From positions 2,208,001-2,272,000 of the forward strand of contig CAWIAD010000002.1 of assembly GCA_963833985.1 (NCBI GenBank): 64,000 bases of DNA, in the 5' to 3' direction. Below the pieces are notes generated by a model, which was not told the DNA's origin, did not search any database, and saw only the letters and a list, made by a program, of their open reading frames with translations. Origin of the DNA: an uncultured Planctomycetaceae bacterium (lineage in GTDB: Bacteria; Planctomycetota; Planctomycetia; Isosphaerales; Isosphaeraceae). Of the stretch, positions 1-13,078 are shown in pieces; within the stretch, counting starts at the first letter, position 1; each line of letters opens with the position of its first letter. Made by a program: the position numbers and the translations under genes.

Positions 1-1828
1 CCGCTCGATCGCCATCCTCTTCTGCGTCTGCCTGCTTCCCGCAATCCCTGCCCGGTCCGCTCCCCCGGCCGGCATGGAGCCGATCATCGAGGAGTACCGC
101 GCAGACCAGGGAAGCGTCTCGGAATTCTACGACTTACCCTGGTCGCCCCGCCGGTTCGATCGCCTCGACGGGCTTCTGCACGACTGGCAACGGCGCATCC
201 GCGCCCTCGATTTTGACGCGCTGGACCACCACGCCCGGGTGGACTACCTGCTCTTGCGCACCAGGATTGGCGCCGGGCTGGACAATCAGACAACCGATCG
301 CAAGCGTCTGGAAGAGATTGCCGAGCTGATTCCCTTCCGGGAGCAGATCCAGTCTCTGGAAGCGGCCCGCTGGCGGCTCGAGCCGGTGGACGCCGAGCAC
401 GCGGCCGCGCGGCTGGCCGAGCTTCCCGACCAGATCCGGAAGCTCCGGGAGCGGATCGAGCAGGGGAAGAAGGCTCAGGCGGAGACCAAGAAAGAGAAGG
501 ACGGCACGGCCAGAGCCGCGGCGCAGCCCCCAGCCGGAACCACCAGGCAAAGTGCCGGTGCGGAGCCCGCCAGGGACGGCCCGCCCGCGCTCAGGCCGTC
601 GCCCATTCTGGCACAGCAGGCAGCCTCCGCCGTGGGCTCGCTCCGCCAGTCGCTACGGACCTGGTTCACGTTTTACGATGGGTTCACCCCCGAGTTCTCA
701 TGGTGGGTGCGCAAGCCGCACGAGGCGGCCGACAAGGCACTCGAGGAGTATGCCAAGCTCCTCCGTGAAGAGATTGCCGGGCTGCACGGCAAGGATGAGG
801 ATCCGCTCGTCGGCTATCCGATCGGCGAGGACGCACTGAAGCGACTGCTGGCCGCGGAGATGATCGCCTACACGCCGCAGGAGATTGTCAGCATCGGCGA
901 GCGGCAGCTCGCCTGGTGTGGCGCACAGATGCGCCAGGCCGCACGCGAGATGGGCTGCGGCGATGACTGGAAGGCCGCGCTCGCCCGGGTGAAGTCGCGG
1001 TTCGCGCCCCCCGGCCGCCAGGACGACCTGGTTGCCGAGCAGGCCAGGGAAGCGATCCGGTTCGTCAAGGACCGCGATCTGATCACCGTCCCGGCGCTCT
1101 GCGAGGAGACGTGGCGGCTCACCATGACGGCGCCTGAGGCACAGAAGACGATGCCCTACGCGGCTTACGGCGGCCAGGAGATGACGGTCGCCTACGCCAG
1201 CGAATCGATGAAACATGATGACAAGTTGATGGCGATGCGCGGTAATAACCGGTACTTCACCCGGATTGTGACCGCGCACGAGCTCATTCCCGGTCATCAC
1301 CTGGAGCGCTACCAGTCCGGCCGGCATCGCACCTACCGGCGCATCTTCTCCACGCCTTTCTTTGTGGAGGGCTGGGGCCTGTACTGGGAAATGCGGCTCT
1401 GGGACCTGGGTTACGCGCAAGGTCCCGAGGATCGTATCGGCATGCTCTTCTGGAGGATGAACCGCGCGGCCCGCATCATCGTCTCGTTCAAGTTCCACCT
1501 GAAGACGATGACTCCCGCGGAGATGGTCGATTTCCTGGTCCAGAAAGTGGGGAACGAGCAGTTCGGTGCCACGGGTGAGGTCCGGCGTTACCTCCAGTAT
1601 CCACCGCTCTACCAGGCTGCCTACATGCTCGGCGGCTTGCAGCTCCACGCACTGCACGGGGAGGCGGTTCATTCCGGCAAGATGACGGAGAAGGCGTTTC
1701 ACGACGCCGTGCTCTCCGGCCACGCAATGCCCGTGGAAATGGTCCGCGCCGAGGTGCTGAACCTGCCGCTGTCTCGCGACTTCAAGCCGAGCTGGCGGTT
1801 CGCGGAGCCTCGTTCCGAGAATCCCTGA
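1..1828 (+). CDS. DUF885 family secreted protein (5' end lies upstream of the window)
   Basis: Frame is open from base 2 and reads RSIAILFCVCLLPAIPARSAP (signal-peptide-like). HELIPGHHLE, FVEGWGLYWE and YQAAYMLGGLQL are DUF885-type motifs. Confidence 0.85.
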   Translation, partial: RSIAILFCVCLLPAIPARSAPPAGMEPIIEEYRADQGSVSEFYDLPWSPRRFDRLDGLLHDWQRRIRALDFDALDHHARVDYLLLRTRIGAGLDNQTTDRKRLEEIAELIPFREQIQSLEAARWRLEPVDAEHAAARLAELPDQIRKLRERIEQGKKAQAETKKEKDGTARAAAQPPAGTTRQSAGAEPARDGPPALRPSPILAQQAASAVGSLRQSLRTWFTFYDGFTPEFSWWVRKPHEAADKALEEYAKLLREEIAGLHGKDEDPLVGYPIGEDALKRLLAAEMIAYTPQEIVSIGERQLAWCGAQMRQAAREMGCGDDWKAALARVKSRFAPPGRQDDLVAEQAREAIRFVKDRDLITVPALCEETWRLTMTAPEAQKTMPYAAYGGQEMTVAYASESMKHDDKLMAMRGNNRYFTRIVTAHELIPGHHLERYQSGRHRTYRRIFSTPFFVEGWGLYWEMRLWDLGYAQGPEDRIGMLFWRMNRAARIIVSFKFHLKTMTPAEMVDFLVQKVGNEQFGATGEVRRYLQYPPLYQAAYMLGGLQLHALHGEAVHSGKMTEKAFHDAVLSGHAMPVEMVRAEVLNLPLSRDFKPSWRFAEPRSENP

Positions 1829-1876
1829 GCGGAGCCCGCGCGGAGCATCCCGGGTACCTGGAGGCAGCCGTCAGAG

Positions 1877-2458
1877 ATGACCCAGCCGGCAAATCCCTGG
1901 ACGACCTTGAGCAGCCGCCTGGTTTACCAGAACCCATGGATCCGCGTGCGCGAGGACCAGGTGCTGCGGCCCGACGGCAACCCCGGCGTCTACGGAGTCG
2001 TCGAGTTCAAGAACCGGGCGGTGGGTGTGCTGCCCGTGGATGAGAACGGCCATGTGTGGCTGGTTGGACAGTACCGTTATCCGCTCAAGCAGTATTCCTG
2101 GGAGATCCCCGAGGGAGGCAGCCCGTCCTCCGAAACTCCTGAAGAGACGGCGGTGCGCGAGCTGAAGGAAGAAACCGGTCTGTCCGCCGGCAAGCTCGAG
2201 CTGATCGCCACCGCTCATCTTTCCAATTCCGTCTGCGACGAGGTGGCCTACATCTACCGGGCGACCCAGCTCACACACGGTTCGAGCGCGCCTGAGGGAA
2301 CGGAAGAGCTGCACGCCAGGTGCGTGTCCTGGAGCGAGGCGTGGGCGATGCTGAAACGTGGCGAGATCACGGATTCGATGTCGGTGATCGCGCTGCTGGA
2401 TGAGGCAGTGCGGCGACTGGCGGGAAGCGGACCGGTGGATGCGGCCGCGGCAGGGTGA
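1877..2458 (+). CDS. NUDIX hydrolase (ADP-ribose pyrophosphatase-like)
   Basis: Nudix box GGSPSSETPEETAVRELKEETGL preceded by QYRYP..WEIP. Confidence 0.9.
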   Translation: MTQPANPWTTLSSRLVYQNPWIRVREDQVLRPDGNPGVYGVVEFKNRAVGVLPVDENGHVWLVGQYRYPLKQYSWEIPEGGSPSSETPEETAVRELKEETGLSAGKLELIATAHLSNSVCDEVAYIYRATQLTHGSSAPEGTEELHARCVSWSEAWAMLKRGEITDSMSVIALLDEAVRRLAGSGPVDAAAAG

Positions 2459-2531
2459 GGGGGAAACACCCGCGTCCTTGCGGGTTGGAGATGGCTCGGG
2501 TATGAGCTGAAGTGGCTGTGGATCGAGCGAT

Positions 2532-3704
2532 TTAGCGGGTTTCGAGCCCGGGCCCGCGGGCCACGCGCCAGGCCGTGGGAACGGGGCCGTTCACGCCCGT
2601 CTTCTCATGGTTCGGGCGGGCATCGTCAGCGAGCAAGGAGTCGATGGGGAAGTGCCGGCCAGGGCAGACGGTCGGCGTCGCCGCCAGGTGGGCGTGGGTT
2701 TCCACGCGGGCGCGGGCAATGCCGTAGCGCGCGCTCAGGTAGGCAACCAGGGCCCTGGCTGCCGCGACCTGTCGCGGCGTGGGGGGCTCCTTATCCAGGT
2801 CGCCCACGAAGCAGATACCGATGCCGTACTCGTCGATCTCGGAGCTTTTGGCGTTCCGGCAGTGCACTCCATGCTTCTGGTTGACCCAGCGCTGGGCGAC
2901 CTCGATCTGGCCGTCCTCGCTACCGCTGCCGTTGCCGATCACAAAGTGATAGCCGCAGCCGTCGTAGCCCAGCACCTTGCGGTGCTCGCGATCGATCTGG
3001 TCGTAGCTGCCCGATGTGCTGGCGCTGTGGTGCAGCACGATGTACTTCCAGGGGCGGTCGGCCTTGCTGGGGTAGAACAGCTCGTCGCCGCCGGACTCTC
3101 CAAAATAAGGGCTGAGGCGCTTCTGAAAGCTCGCCTGCCGCACCGGGCCGCTGGCCGATGTGGTGCGCAGGCCATCCGGGGAGATCATCGACGACGAGCC
3201 CGATGTGCCCGGCCCGCTCAGCGGAGGTTTGGCGGAGGGCGTGGGCGAGGGTGACGAAGTCGTGCCGCGCGGCCGCGTCGATTGCGATGGGATCATGTTC
3301 AGATCGGGCTCGCTACCGATCGAGGCGCGCGGAGCCCGCTCGGGGAGCGGGCTGCGCTGCGATGATCGGGAGGAGCCATTCTGCGAGCCGAGCGCAGGCA
3401 CCGACGATTCGGTCACGCCTCCGGCCGGCTCATCGATGGCCGGCTCGGAGGACAGGGACCGCGACGTGGAGCCCATGCCGCCGGGCGACGATGGCGCGGT
3501 GATGACGGGTGCCGAGCCAGCCCCCGCGCCGCAATTGGTGCACGGAGCCGCAATGGTCTGGGGCGCGGTGTAGACCGGCCTGAGCGTGGCCCGGCGGTGA
3601 TGATTGCCGCAGCCGGAGGTTGTCAGGAGCGCCAGCGACACGATGCCGATGAGCCAGACTCGCGGCGGGCGCAGCGCGATCCGGGCCATGAATTTCAGGG
3701 CCAT
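2532..3704 (-). CDS. N-acetylmuramoyl-L-alanine amidase (Amidase_2/PGRP-like) lipoprotein with long Ser/Pro linker
   Basis: AGGAGA RBS before ATG 3704; lipobox-like LLTTSGC; IVLHHSA, GYHFVIGNG, IGICFVGD and H..TVCPG Zn-amidase motifs. Confidence 0.85.
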   Translation of the reverse strand: MALKFMARIALRPPRVWLIGIVSLALLTTSGCGNHHRRATLRPVYTAPQTIAAPCTNCGAGAGSAPVITAPSSPGGMGSTSRSLSSEPAIDEPAGGVTESSVPALGSQNGSSRSSQRSPLPERAPRASIGSEPDLNMIPSQSTRPRGTTSSPSPTPSAKPPLSGPGTSGSSSMISPDGLRTTSASGPVRQASFQKRLSPYFGESGGDELFYPSKADRPWKYIVLHHSASTSGSYDQIDREHRKVLGYDGCGYHFVIGNGSGSEDGQIEVAQRWVNQKHGVHCRNAKSSEIDEYGIGICFVGDLDKEPPTPRQVAAARALVAYLSARYGIARARVETHAHLAATPTVCPGRHFPIDSLLADDARPNHEKTGVNGPVPTAWRVARGPGLETR

Positions 3705-4134
3705 CTTCCATCTCCTGGCCAGGGTTGAACAGGTTTCCCGACATCCGGGGTCGGGCCCTCGGCACACGTGGATCGCAATCGCGATGCCGAACGAGAGGCT
3801 CTTCTTCCACGGCGAGGGTTTCAATTTCCTGACCTTCGCCTCAAGTCTACACGCCGATTGGCCGACGCGCGATCACCCACAAAAAATTGTAAGATTTTCC
3901 TTCAAGTTCATCCGTCCCCTGACCGCGGCCCGTCCTGTGTCGTTCTTACCAGGATTGTAAAGTCGCTCGTGACGGCACCGTCTGCGGTGCTCTCGGCGCA
4001 GCCCGGCGTGGTCGTCCACCCGGGTACACCGCTTCAGAGCAGGACCCGTCCAGCGCAACCGTCTACCAGGGTCGGGCCGGCTCTGGGAGAATCCGTTCAT
4101 TCCGAATTCTCCATCACCGCTTGTCGAGGCCGAC

Positions 4135-4710
4135 ATGAGAGCCATTGCATCGCTGATCGTTGCAGGTTGCCTGCTGATGGCGGGGGCGCAGCCGCCCACG
4201 GCACCGAAGGATCCCGTTGCGCGCTTTGAGCCTTCCTCCCAGCCCGGGGCCGGACAGAAATACTTGCAGCAGATGGTGGGCCGGTGGGACGTTCAGAAGA
4301 TCTTCTACCCCCGTCAGGGTGAGCCGGTTCGCGCGAGCGGCGAGTGTCGCCAGTCCATGGTGCAGGACGGAAAATTCCTCCAGTCGGACTTCGTCTTCGA
4401 ACAGGGCGGCCAGAGGTCGACCGGCCAGGGCATCATCGGCTTCGAGCCGGAATCCGGCCGGTTCACCAGCTTCTGGATCGATTCCCGGCAGACCCGGATC
4501 TCCGCGCGCCAGAGCCGCGAGCCATTCGACGGCGCCAGGATCGTTCTCTACAGCCTGACGCTGGACCCGCAGGAAAAGGAGCCACGACGGTCCAGAACCA
4601 TCTCGGAGGTCGAGGACGACGGCCGGAAGATCAGCCACCGGCAATTCAACTTCGGCAGCGGGGGCGAGGAGCGATTGATCATGGAACTGATCATGACCCG
4701 GAAACCCTGA
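4135..4710 (+). CDS. DUF1579-like secreted protein
   Basis: Signal peptide; LQQMVGRWDV...GKFLQSDF...GFEPESGRFTSFWIDS pattern. Confidence 0.7.
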   Translation: MRAIASLIVAGCLLMAGAQPPTAPKDPVARFEPSSQPGAGQKYLQQMVGRWDVQKIFYPRQGEPVRASGECRQSMVQDGKFLQSDFVFEQGGQRSTGQGIIGFEPESGRFTSFWIDSRQTRISARQSREPFDGARIVLYSLTLDPQEKEPRRSRTISEVEDDGRKISHRQFNFGSGGEERLIMELIMTRKP

Positions 4711-4878
4711 CTGGAAAGACCCGTAAAACCCGCTGCGCTTGCCTCACGCAAGCAAATTGTCGGCTATGCTTTACGCAGCCCGCATGAGACGATATCATTG
4801 TGCATGGGTGAATGCGCACTTGATGTGGCGCGGCCTCTGGAAATCCTGGTCTCTTCCTGTCTCGAACGGAGCGGTTGC

Positions 4879-5934
4879 ATGAGGTCCAAGCAGGATCGCA
4901 ATCGGGTCAGTCTGCGTAGCGGGTTCACGCTCATCGAGCTATTGGTGGTCATCGCCATCATCGCGGTCCTGATCTCGCTCTTGCTGCCGGCCGTGCAGTC
5001 CGCGCGCGAAGCGGCGCGGCGGATGCAATGCTCGAACAATCTCAAGCAGATGGGCCTGGCGATGCACAACTATGAGTCGATCGCCGGCACCTTTCCGATG
5101 ACCGGAGTGATTGATACGCGGCCGACCGCCTATGCGGCCTGGGTCGGCTGGAGCGGACACGCCAGGATCCTGCCACTGCTCGAGCAAGGTTCCATGTTCA
5201 ACTCCATGAACATCACGCTCCCTTACACGCTGCCGGACAACTACACGGTCGCCTCGACCACGGTTTCCAGCTTTGTCTGCCCCAGCGAGGTGGACCCATT
5301 ACCCACGCCGGCGAGTGCGTTTTTCAACATTCCCAAGGCGGTGTCGAACTACGGTCTGAACATGGGCGACTGGTTCGTCTTCGCGCCGGGTGGACCTCCC
5401 ACGCGCGGGGTATTCGCGCCCAACCTGAGCCGCCGGATTGCCAGTTTCACCGACGGCACCACCAACACGCTGATGGTCAGCGAAGTGAAGGTACGCAGCC
5501 CTGAGTACAACTGCATCCCGCAGGGCCTGTCCCAGATCAACAACGCCAACAGCGTGCCCGATGCCATGGCAAACCCGTACACCGTCGCTCCCGAGTATGG
5601 CGGGAGCTGTGGTCCGGTGGGGCAAAGCCACACAGCCTGGGTGGATGGCAACGCCCAGGAGACCGGCATGACCACGGCCTGGCCGCCCAACAAGCAGATC
5701 CTCGGCCAGCATGGCGAGGGCGATCTGGACCTCCAGGGGCTGCCGCTGTTTCTGGGCGGGAAGGTCGGCCCCACGTTCGCGGCCATCACCTCGCGCAGCT
5801 ATCACCCCGGCGGCGTCAACGCCCTGTTCGCCGACGGCAGCGTGCACTTCATCAAGTCATCGATCGCCGGCTCCGTGTGGCGGGCCCTGGGAACGGTGGC
5901 TGGCGGAGAGGTGATCAGCGGCGATTCGTACTGA
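4879..5934 (+). CDS. DUF1559 prepilin-type N-terminal cleavage/methylation protein
   Basis: [50 protein letters not shown]-terminal [16 protein letters not shown] (H-X9-DG). Confidence 0.95.
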   Translation: MRSKQDRNRVSLRSGFTLIELLVVIAIIAVLISLLLPAVQSAREAARRMQCSNNLKQMGLAMHNYESIAGTFPMTGVIDTRPTAYAAWVGWSGHARILPLLEQGSMFNSMNITLPYTLPDNYTVASTTVSSFVCPSEVDPLPTPASAFFNIPKAVSNYGLNMGDWFVFAPGGPPTRGVFAPNLSRRIASFTDGTTNTLMVSEVKVRSPEYNCIPQGLSQINNANSVPDAMANPYTVAPEYGGSCGPVGQSHTAWVDGNAQETGMTTAWPPNKQILGQHGEGDLDLQGLPLFLGGKVGPTFAAITSRSYHPGGVNALFADGSVHFIKSSIAGSVWRALGTVAGGEVISGDSY

Positions 5935-6090
5935 TTCGAGTTGTCCGAGCTTTCCCGGTTGTGTTGCCTTGGCAGCCGGGCAGATGTCTCCGAGGGTGCG
6001 CGCGGGTCGGGATGCCGAGGCCCGAGAGCGAGCTGACCCTTCCCCGGCCGCCCTCGAAACGGTATCTTCAAAGAGAAACGCGGCGCCCCG

Positions 6091-6118
6091 GCCCCCGAAC
6101 TTGCGGCGGGCTTTTTTT
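6091..6118 (+). terminator. Intrinsic terminator-like hairpin plus T7 tract, ~75 nt upstream of leuS
   Basis: GCCCCCG-aacttg-CGGCGGGC (stem with one bulge) followed by TTTTTTT. Confidence 0.55.
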
Positions 6119-6191
6119 GTCGAGAGTATTGGCGTGGCCGTCTGGCCTTCCGCCGTTGAAGGATCGGGCCGCGAGGCCGGAGAAGCGATTC

Positions 6192-9083
<2,892 letters not shown>

Positions 9084-9187
9084 GCTTCCCGGGATGAACG
9101 AATGAGCGAGGCCGCCCAGCACGATCCATCGCGAGCATCCGCAACATACGGGATGATCGAGCCTATCTGTTGCTCCCGGGGCGAGGG

Positions 9188-9739
9188 TCAGTCAATTCCC
9201 TCTTGCTCACGGGCCCGTGAGACGCCGCCGATCTGGCGGAATCTCTGAATCATCGGTTCCTTGGCAAAAACATTGAGGTCCGTCGCCGTCGGGCCGGTCT
9301 CCGGTGAAGAGCCGAGCCGCTTGAGGAACGAAACGTTCTTCGGATCGTTGGCCACAAGCCTGAGAAACCGATCCATGGCCCGATTCTGAAGCAGCCGGCC
9401 TCTCTCCCAGCGCGAGATGGTCGCCTCGCCAATCCCGGTGAGTCGGGACAGTTCCGCCTGGGTAAGCTTGAGTTGCTCCCGCAGTTCGCGAATGGCCTTC
9501 GGATCCAGCAACCCGAGCGCACGGCAGATGGCCTGGTGCTTGACTTGCGCGGCCATCGGACCGCTGAATTCCTCTCCGCAGTGTTCGCAACGCTCGATCG
9601 GCACGCCGGTGACTTCGACCCTGGTCGGTTCGCCGTCGTAAGCAACCTCGACAACCTCAGTACGGATATCGTAGACAACCGGCCCGATCCCACAGATGGG
9701 GCATCCCGACCGTCTCGAGGTTTCTCCGGCAGTGTTCAT
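9188..9739 (-). CDS. MqsA-family antitoxin (Zn finger + HTH_XRE)
   Basis: CPICG...CEHCGE zinc finger followed by IRELREQLKLTQAELSRLTGIGEATISRWERG. Confidence 0.85.
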   Translation of the reverse strand: MNTAGETSRRSGCPICGIGPVVYDIRTEVVEVAYDGEPTRVEVTGVPIERCEHCGEEFSGPMAAQVKHQAICRALGLLDPKAIRELREQLKLTQAELSRLTGIGEATISRWERGRLLQNRAMDRFLRLVANDPKNVSFLKRLGSSPETGPTATDLNVFAKEPMIQRFRQIGGVSRAREQEGID

Positions 9740-9868
9740 GATCGAACCTCGCTGCCTCGGGAATCGTCGATCAGAAGCCCGAGGATGAATGGCCTGCGAT
9801 GCCTGCATGAAACCCGCACAATCACCGCCAATCCATCGATCGCGCACACTCCGCGCACGCCCAGCCTC

Positions 9869-10219
9869 TCAATAGTGAAAACTGATCAGGACAACAAGTT
9901 CATGGCCAAAGGATCGCTCATCGAGACCGAGCTTGATGTAGAGACCCGCAGGATTGGCTTGCCTTAGTTCGTAAGCGACACCGTGGCTCCCTGGCGGCTC
10001 GCCCTGAGGAACTTCGCGAATAGGATGACCCGCTTTCAATCGCTCAAGAACGAAGTCGATGAGCCCCTATTCCGTGGCAGCCACTCCTTAGTCCCTGAGG
10101 ATCTGAGAGCCCTCGTGCAGGGCCCTTCTGGTCACCCGGTACTCGTCCGCATCCAGCAGGCGAATGAGTCGCTGGCGAACTTCCTCGAGACGCGGATCCG
10201 ATTCCGAAGAACTCATCAT
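9869..10219 (-). pseudogene. MqsR-like toxin interrupted by two in-frame stop codons
   Basis: Hand translation MMSSSESDPRLEEVRQRLIRLLDADEYRVTRRALHEGSQILRD*GVAATE*GLIDFVLE...GLYIKLGLDERSFGHELVVLISFHY*; the LYIK...ISFH tail is MqsR-like; lies upstream of the MqsA-like gene. Confidence 0.7.
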
Positions 10220-10546
10220 ACGTCCCGATGGAGAAACGCTCGCGGTTCTCGATCTTCGTGCGATCAGGCGCGACGGAACCGCCCCTCACACCAGGGACTT
10301 GCCGCAGAAGGTTCCGGCGGCACTCTCTAATCATATGATAGGAAACCGGTGCCGTCAAGTTCGTCGGGGGACAACGGAAATCGGCACAGGTCGAGAGCCC
10401 GAGAGACTGGTCCGATTGCCGGACAACGTCTCACTTCGGGTGTGAAGTCTTTTCCAGCCGCGTTCCTTGCTCCGCGCCGGCTCGTCGGTGATCATGTACG
10501 TGTTGCGTACGCCGAGTCATGCGTTCAGCCCCGCGGAGGAGTGCCC

Positions 10547-13016
10547 GTGGCCAGCCTGACGACCGAGGAAAGCCTCAAGCCCTACGAGGCGGAGTTCCGG
10601 TTCGCGGATCGCGATTATTATGATCGCCACCTGGTTTTCGACCATGCCGTCAGCGCTGAGCAGGCCGACCAGCGGCAGCGGTTCGAGGCGATGGCGCGTT
10701 CGCTGCGCGACCTGCTCACCCAGCGCTGGCTGCTGACGCAATCGGTGCATCAGCGGACGAACCCCAAGCAGGTCTATTACCTGTCGATGGAGTTCCTCAT
10801 GGGCCGCACGCTCCAGAGCGCGGTGACGAATTTGCAGGTCCAGTCGTTCGTCGACGAGGACCTGCGCTCCGACCCGCATCAGGAGTGGCACCAGCTTCAG
10901 GACGCCGAGCCCGACGCCGGGCTGGGCAACGGCGGCCTGGGGCGGCTTGCGGCGTGCTTCCTGGACTCGCTGGCCACGCTCAAGATCCCCGCCATCGGCT
11001 ACGGCCTGCGCTACCAGTACGGCATGTTCCGCCAGGAGATCAAGAACGGCTACCAGGTGGAGCAGCCCGACAACTGGCTGCTCCATCCCGACCCCTGGGA
11101 AGTGGCACGGATGAACGAGACGGTCGACGTGCCGCTGAACTGCTCATTCCGGCTCGAGGGCGGGATGATCGAGGAGATTCCCCGCCAGCCGATTCATTTG
11201 CTGGGTGTGCCTTACGATCGTCCGGTCGTGGGCTATGGCGGCAAGACGATCAACACGCTGCGGCTCTGGAACGCCTCGTCGCCTGACTACTTCGATTTCG
11301 GCGAGTTCTCCGGGGGCGAGTTCTTCGGCGCGGTGCTGGACAAGACGGTCGCCGAATCGCTGACCCGCGTGCTTTACCCGGACGACTCGACCCCGCGCGG
11401 CCGGTCGTTGCGTTTCTTGCAGGAGTACTTCCTGGTTGCCTGCTCGATCGGGGATATCATCCGCCGGTTCCGCAGCCGCGGCAACGACTGGCCGGCCCTT
11501 GCCGACAAGGTCGCCATTCAGCTCAACGATACGCACCCCGCGATGGCCGTCGCGGAGCTCATGCGGGTGCTGCTGGACGAGGCGAAGCTGAGCTGGGACG
11601 AAGCCTGGAAGCTGACCGTCGGCACGCTCGCCTACACGAACCACACGCTGCTCCCCGAGGCACTCGAGAAGTGGCCGATCGAGCTCTTCGAGCTGTTCAT
11701 CCCCCGCCACCTGGAAATCATCTACGAGGTCAACGCGCGATTCTTGCGTGATGTCAGCGCACGGTTTCCGGGGGACGACGCCCGCGCCCGGCGAATGAGC
11801 CTGATCGAGGAGACGCCGCACCGCCAGGTGCGCATGGCGAACCTGGCCATCGTGGGAACCCACAGCACCAACGGCGTGGCCGAGATCCACAGCCGGCTGC
11901 TGCGCGAGCACACCGTGGCCGACTTCGCCCGCATGTTTCCGGAGCGCTTCAACAACAAGACCAACGGCGTGACGCCCCGGCGCTGGCTCTTGATGGCGAA
12001 TCCCGACCTGTCCGCCCTGCTCACCGAGGCCGCCGGCGATGGCTGGGTCACGGACCTTGACCGCCTCGCCGTGCTCCGGAAGCTGGCCCGTGATCAGGGT
12101 TTCCAGGACCGCTTCCGTCAGGCCAAGCAATCCGCGAAGTCACGGTTCGCGGACTGGGCGAAGCGAGAGCTGGGCATCAGCCTGGATGAATCATCCATCT
12201 TCGACAGCCAGATCAAGCGCATTCACGAGTACAAGCGGCAGTTGCTCAATGTCCTGCACATCATGGTGATTTATCACCGGTTGCGCATGGACCCGGGTTT
12301 CGACCCCGCGCCGCGGACCTTCTTCTTCGCCGGGAAGGCCGCACCGGCCTATCACCTGGCCAAGCTGATCATCAAGCTGATCAACGACGTGGCAGTGGCC
12401 ATCGACGCGGACGCGCGGGTGCGCGGCCGGCTCAAGGTGGTGTTCCTGCCCAACTACGGTGTCAGCCTGGCCGAGCGGCTGATTCCGGCGAGCGAGGTCT
12501 CCGAGCAGATCTCCACGGCCGGTTACGAGGCCAGCGGCACCAGCAACATGAAGCTCATGATGAACGGCGCCCTCACCATGGGCACGCGCGACGGCGCAAC
12601 CATCGAGATTGCCGAGGCGGTCGGCGAGGAGAACACCTTCCTCTTCGGCCTGACCGCCGAAGAGGTCGCCGGCAGCCGCTCCTGGTACAGCCCTTACTGG
12701 CATTATGATCATGAATCGGAAACGCGCGCGGCGGTTGACCTGCTGTTCAGCGACCACATCAATTCGGGACCGGCTGGACTCTACGAGCCCATCCGCCAGG
12801 CGCTGCTGTCCAGTGGAGATCACTACATGCACCTGGCAGACCTGAAGAGCTACACCCAGGCCCAGGAACGCCTGGCTGCACTGTACCGCCAGGACCCCAA
12901 GGAATGGACCGCGCGGGCCATCCTCAATGTCGCCGGCAGTGGACGCTTCTCGGCCGACCGTACCATCAGCGAGTATGCGCGAGATCTGGCACTCGCGCGC
13001 GTGCCCGGTGCCCTGA
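10547..13016 (+). CDS. glgP: Glycogen/alpha-glucan phosphorylase (frameshift ~12980, probably an assembly error)
   Basis: GLGNGGLGRLAACFLDS, IQLNDTHP, KRIHEYKRQLLN, EASGTSNMK PLP motif. The typical C-terminus EIWHSRACPVP* is in a shifted frame ending at TGA 13014-13016. Confidence 0.93.
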
Positions 13017-13078
13017 CGGGCGCTCCGCTGAAACGTCGTCCATGCCCCCCGAAATCCAGAGGATCAACCCGCCGTCAC

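Noticed and set aside
5940..6190. T-box riboswitch, Leu leader peptide, 6S or SRP RNA upstream of leuS
   Set aside because: No GGTGGNACC T-box, no Leu-codon run and no SRP or 6S signature recognised; kept only as an unknown structured leader.
5877..6191. 105-aa N-terminal extension of LeuS
   Set aside because: It overlaps the previous gene and crosses a terminator-like hairpin; LeuS similarity begins at MPAYHP (6192).
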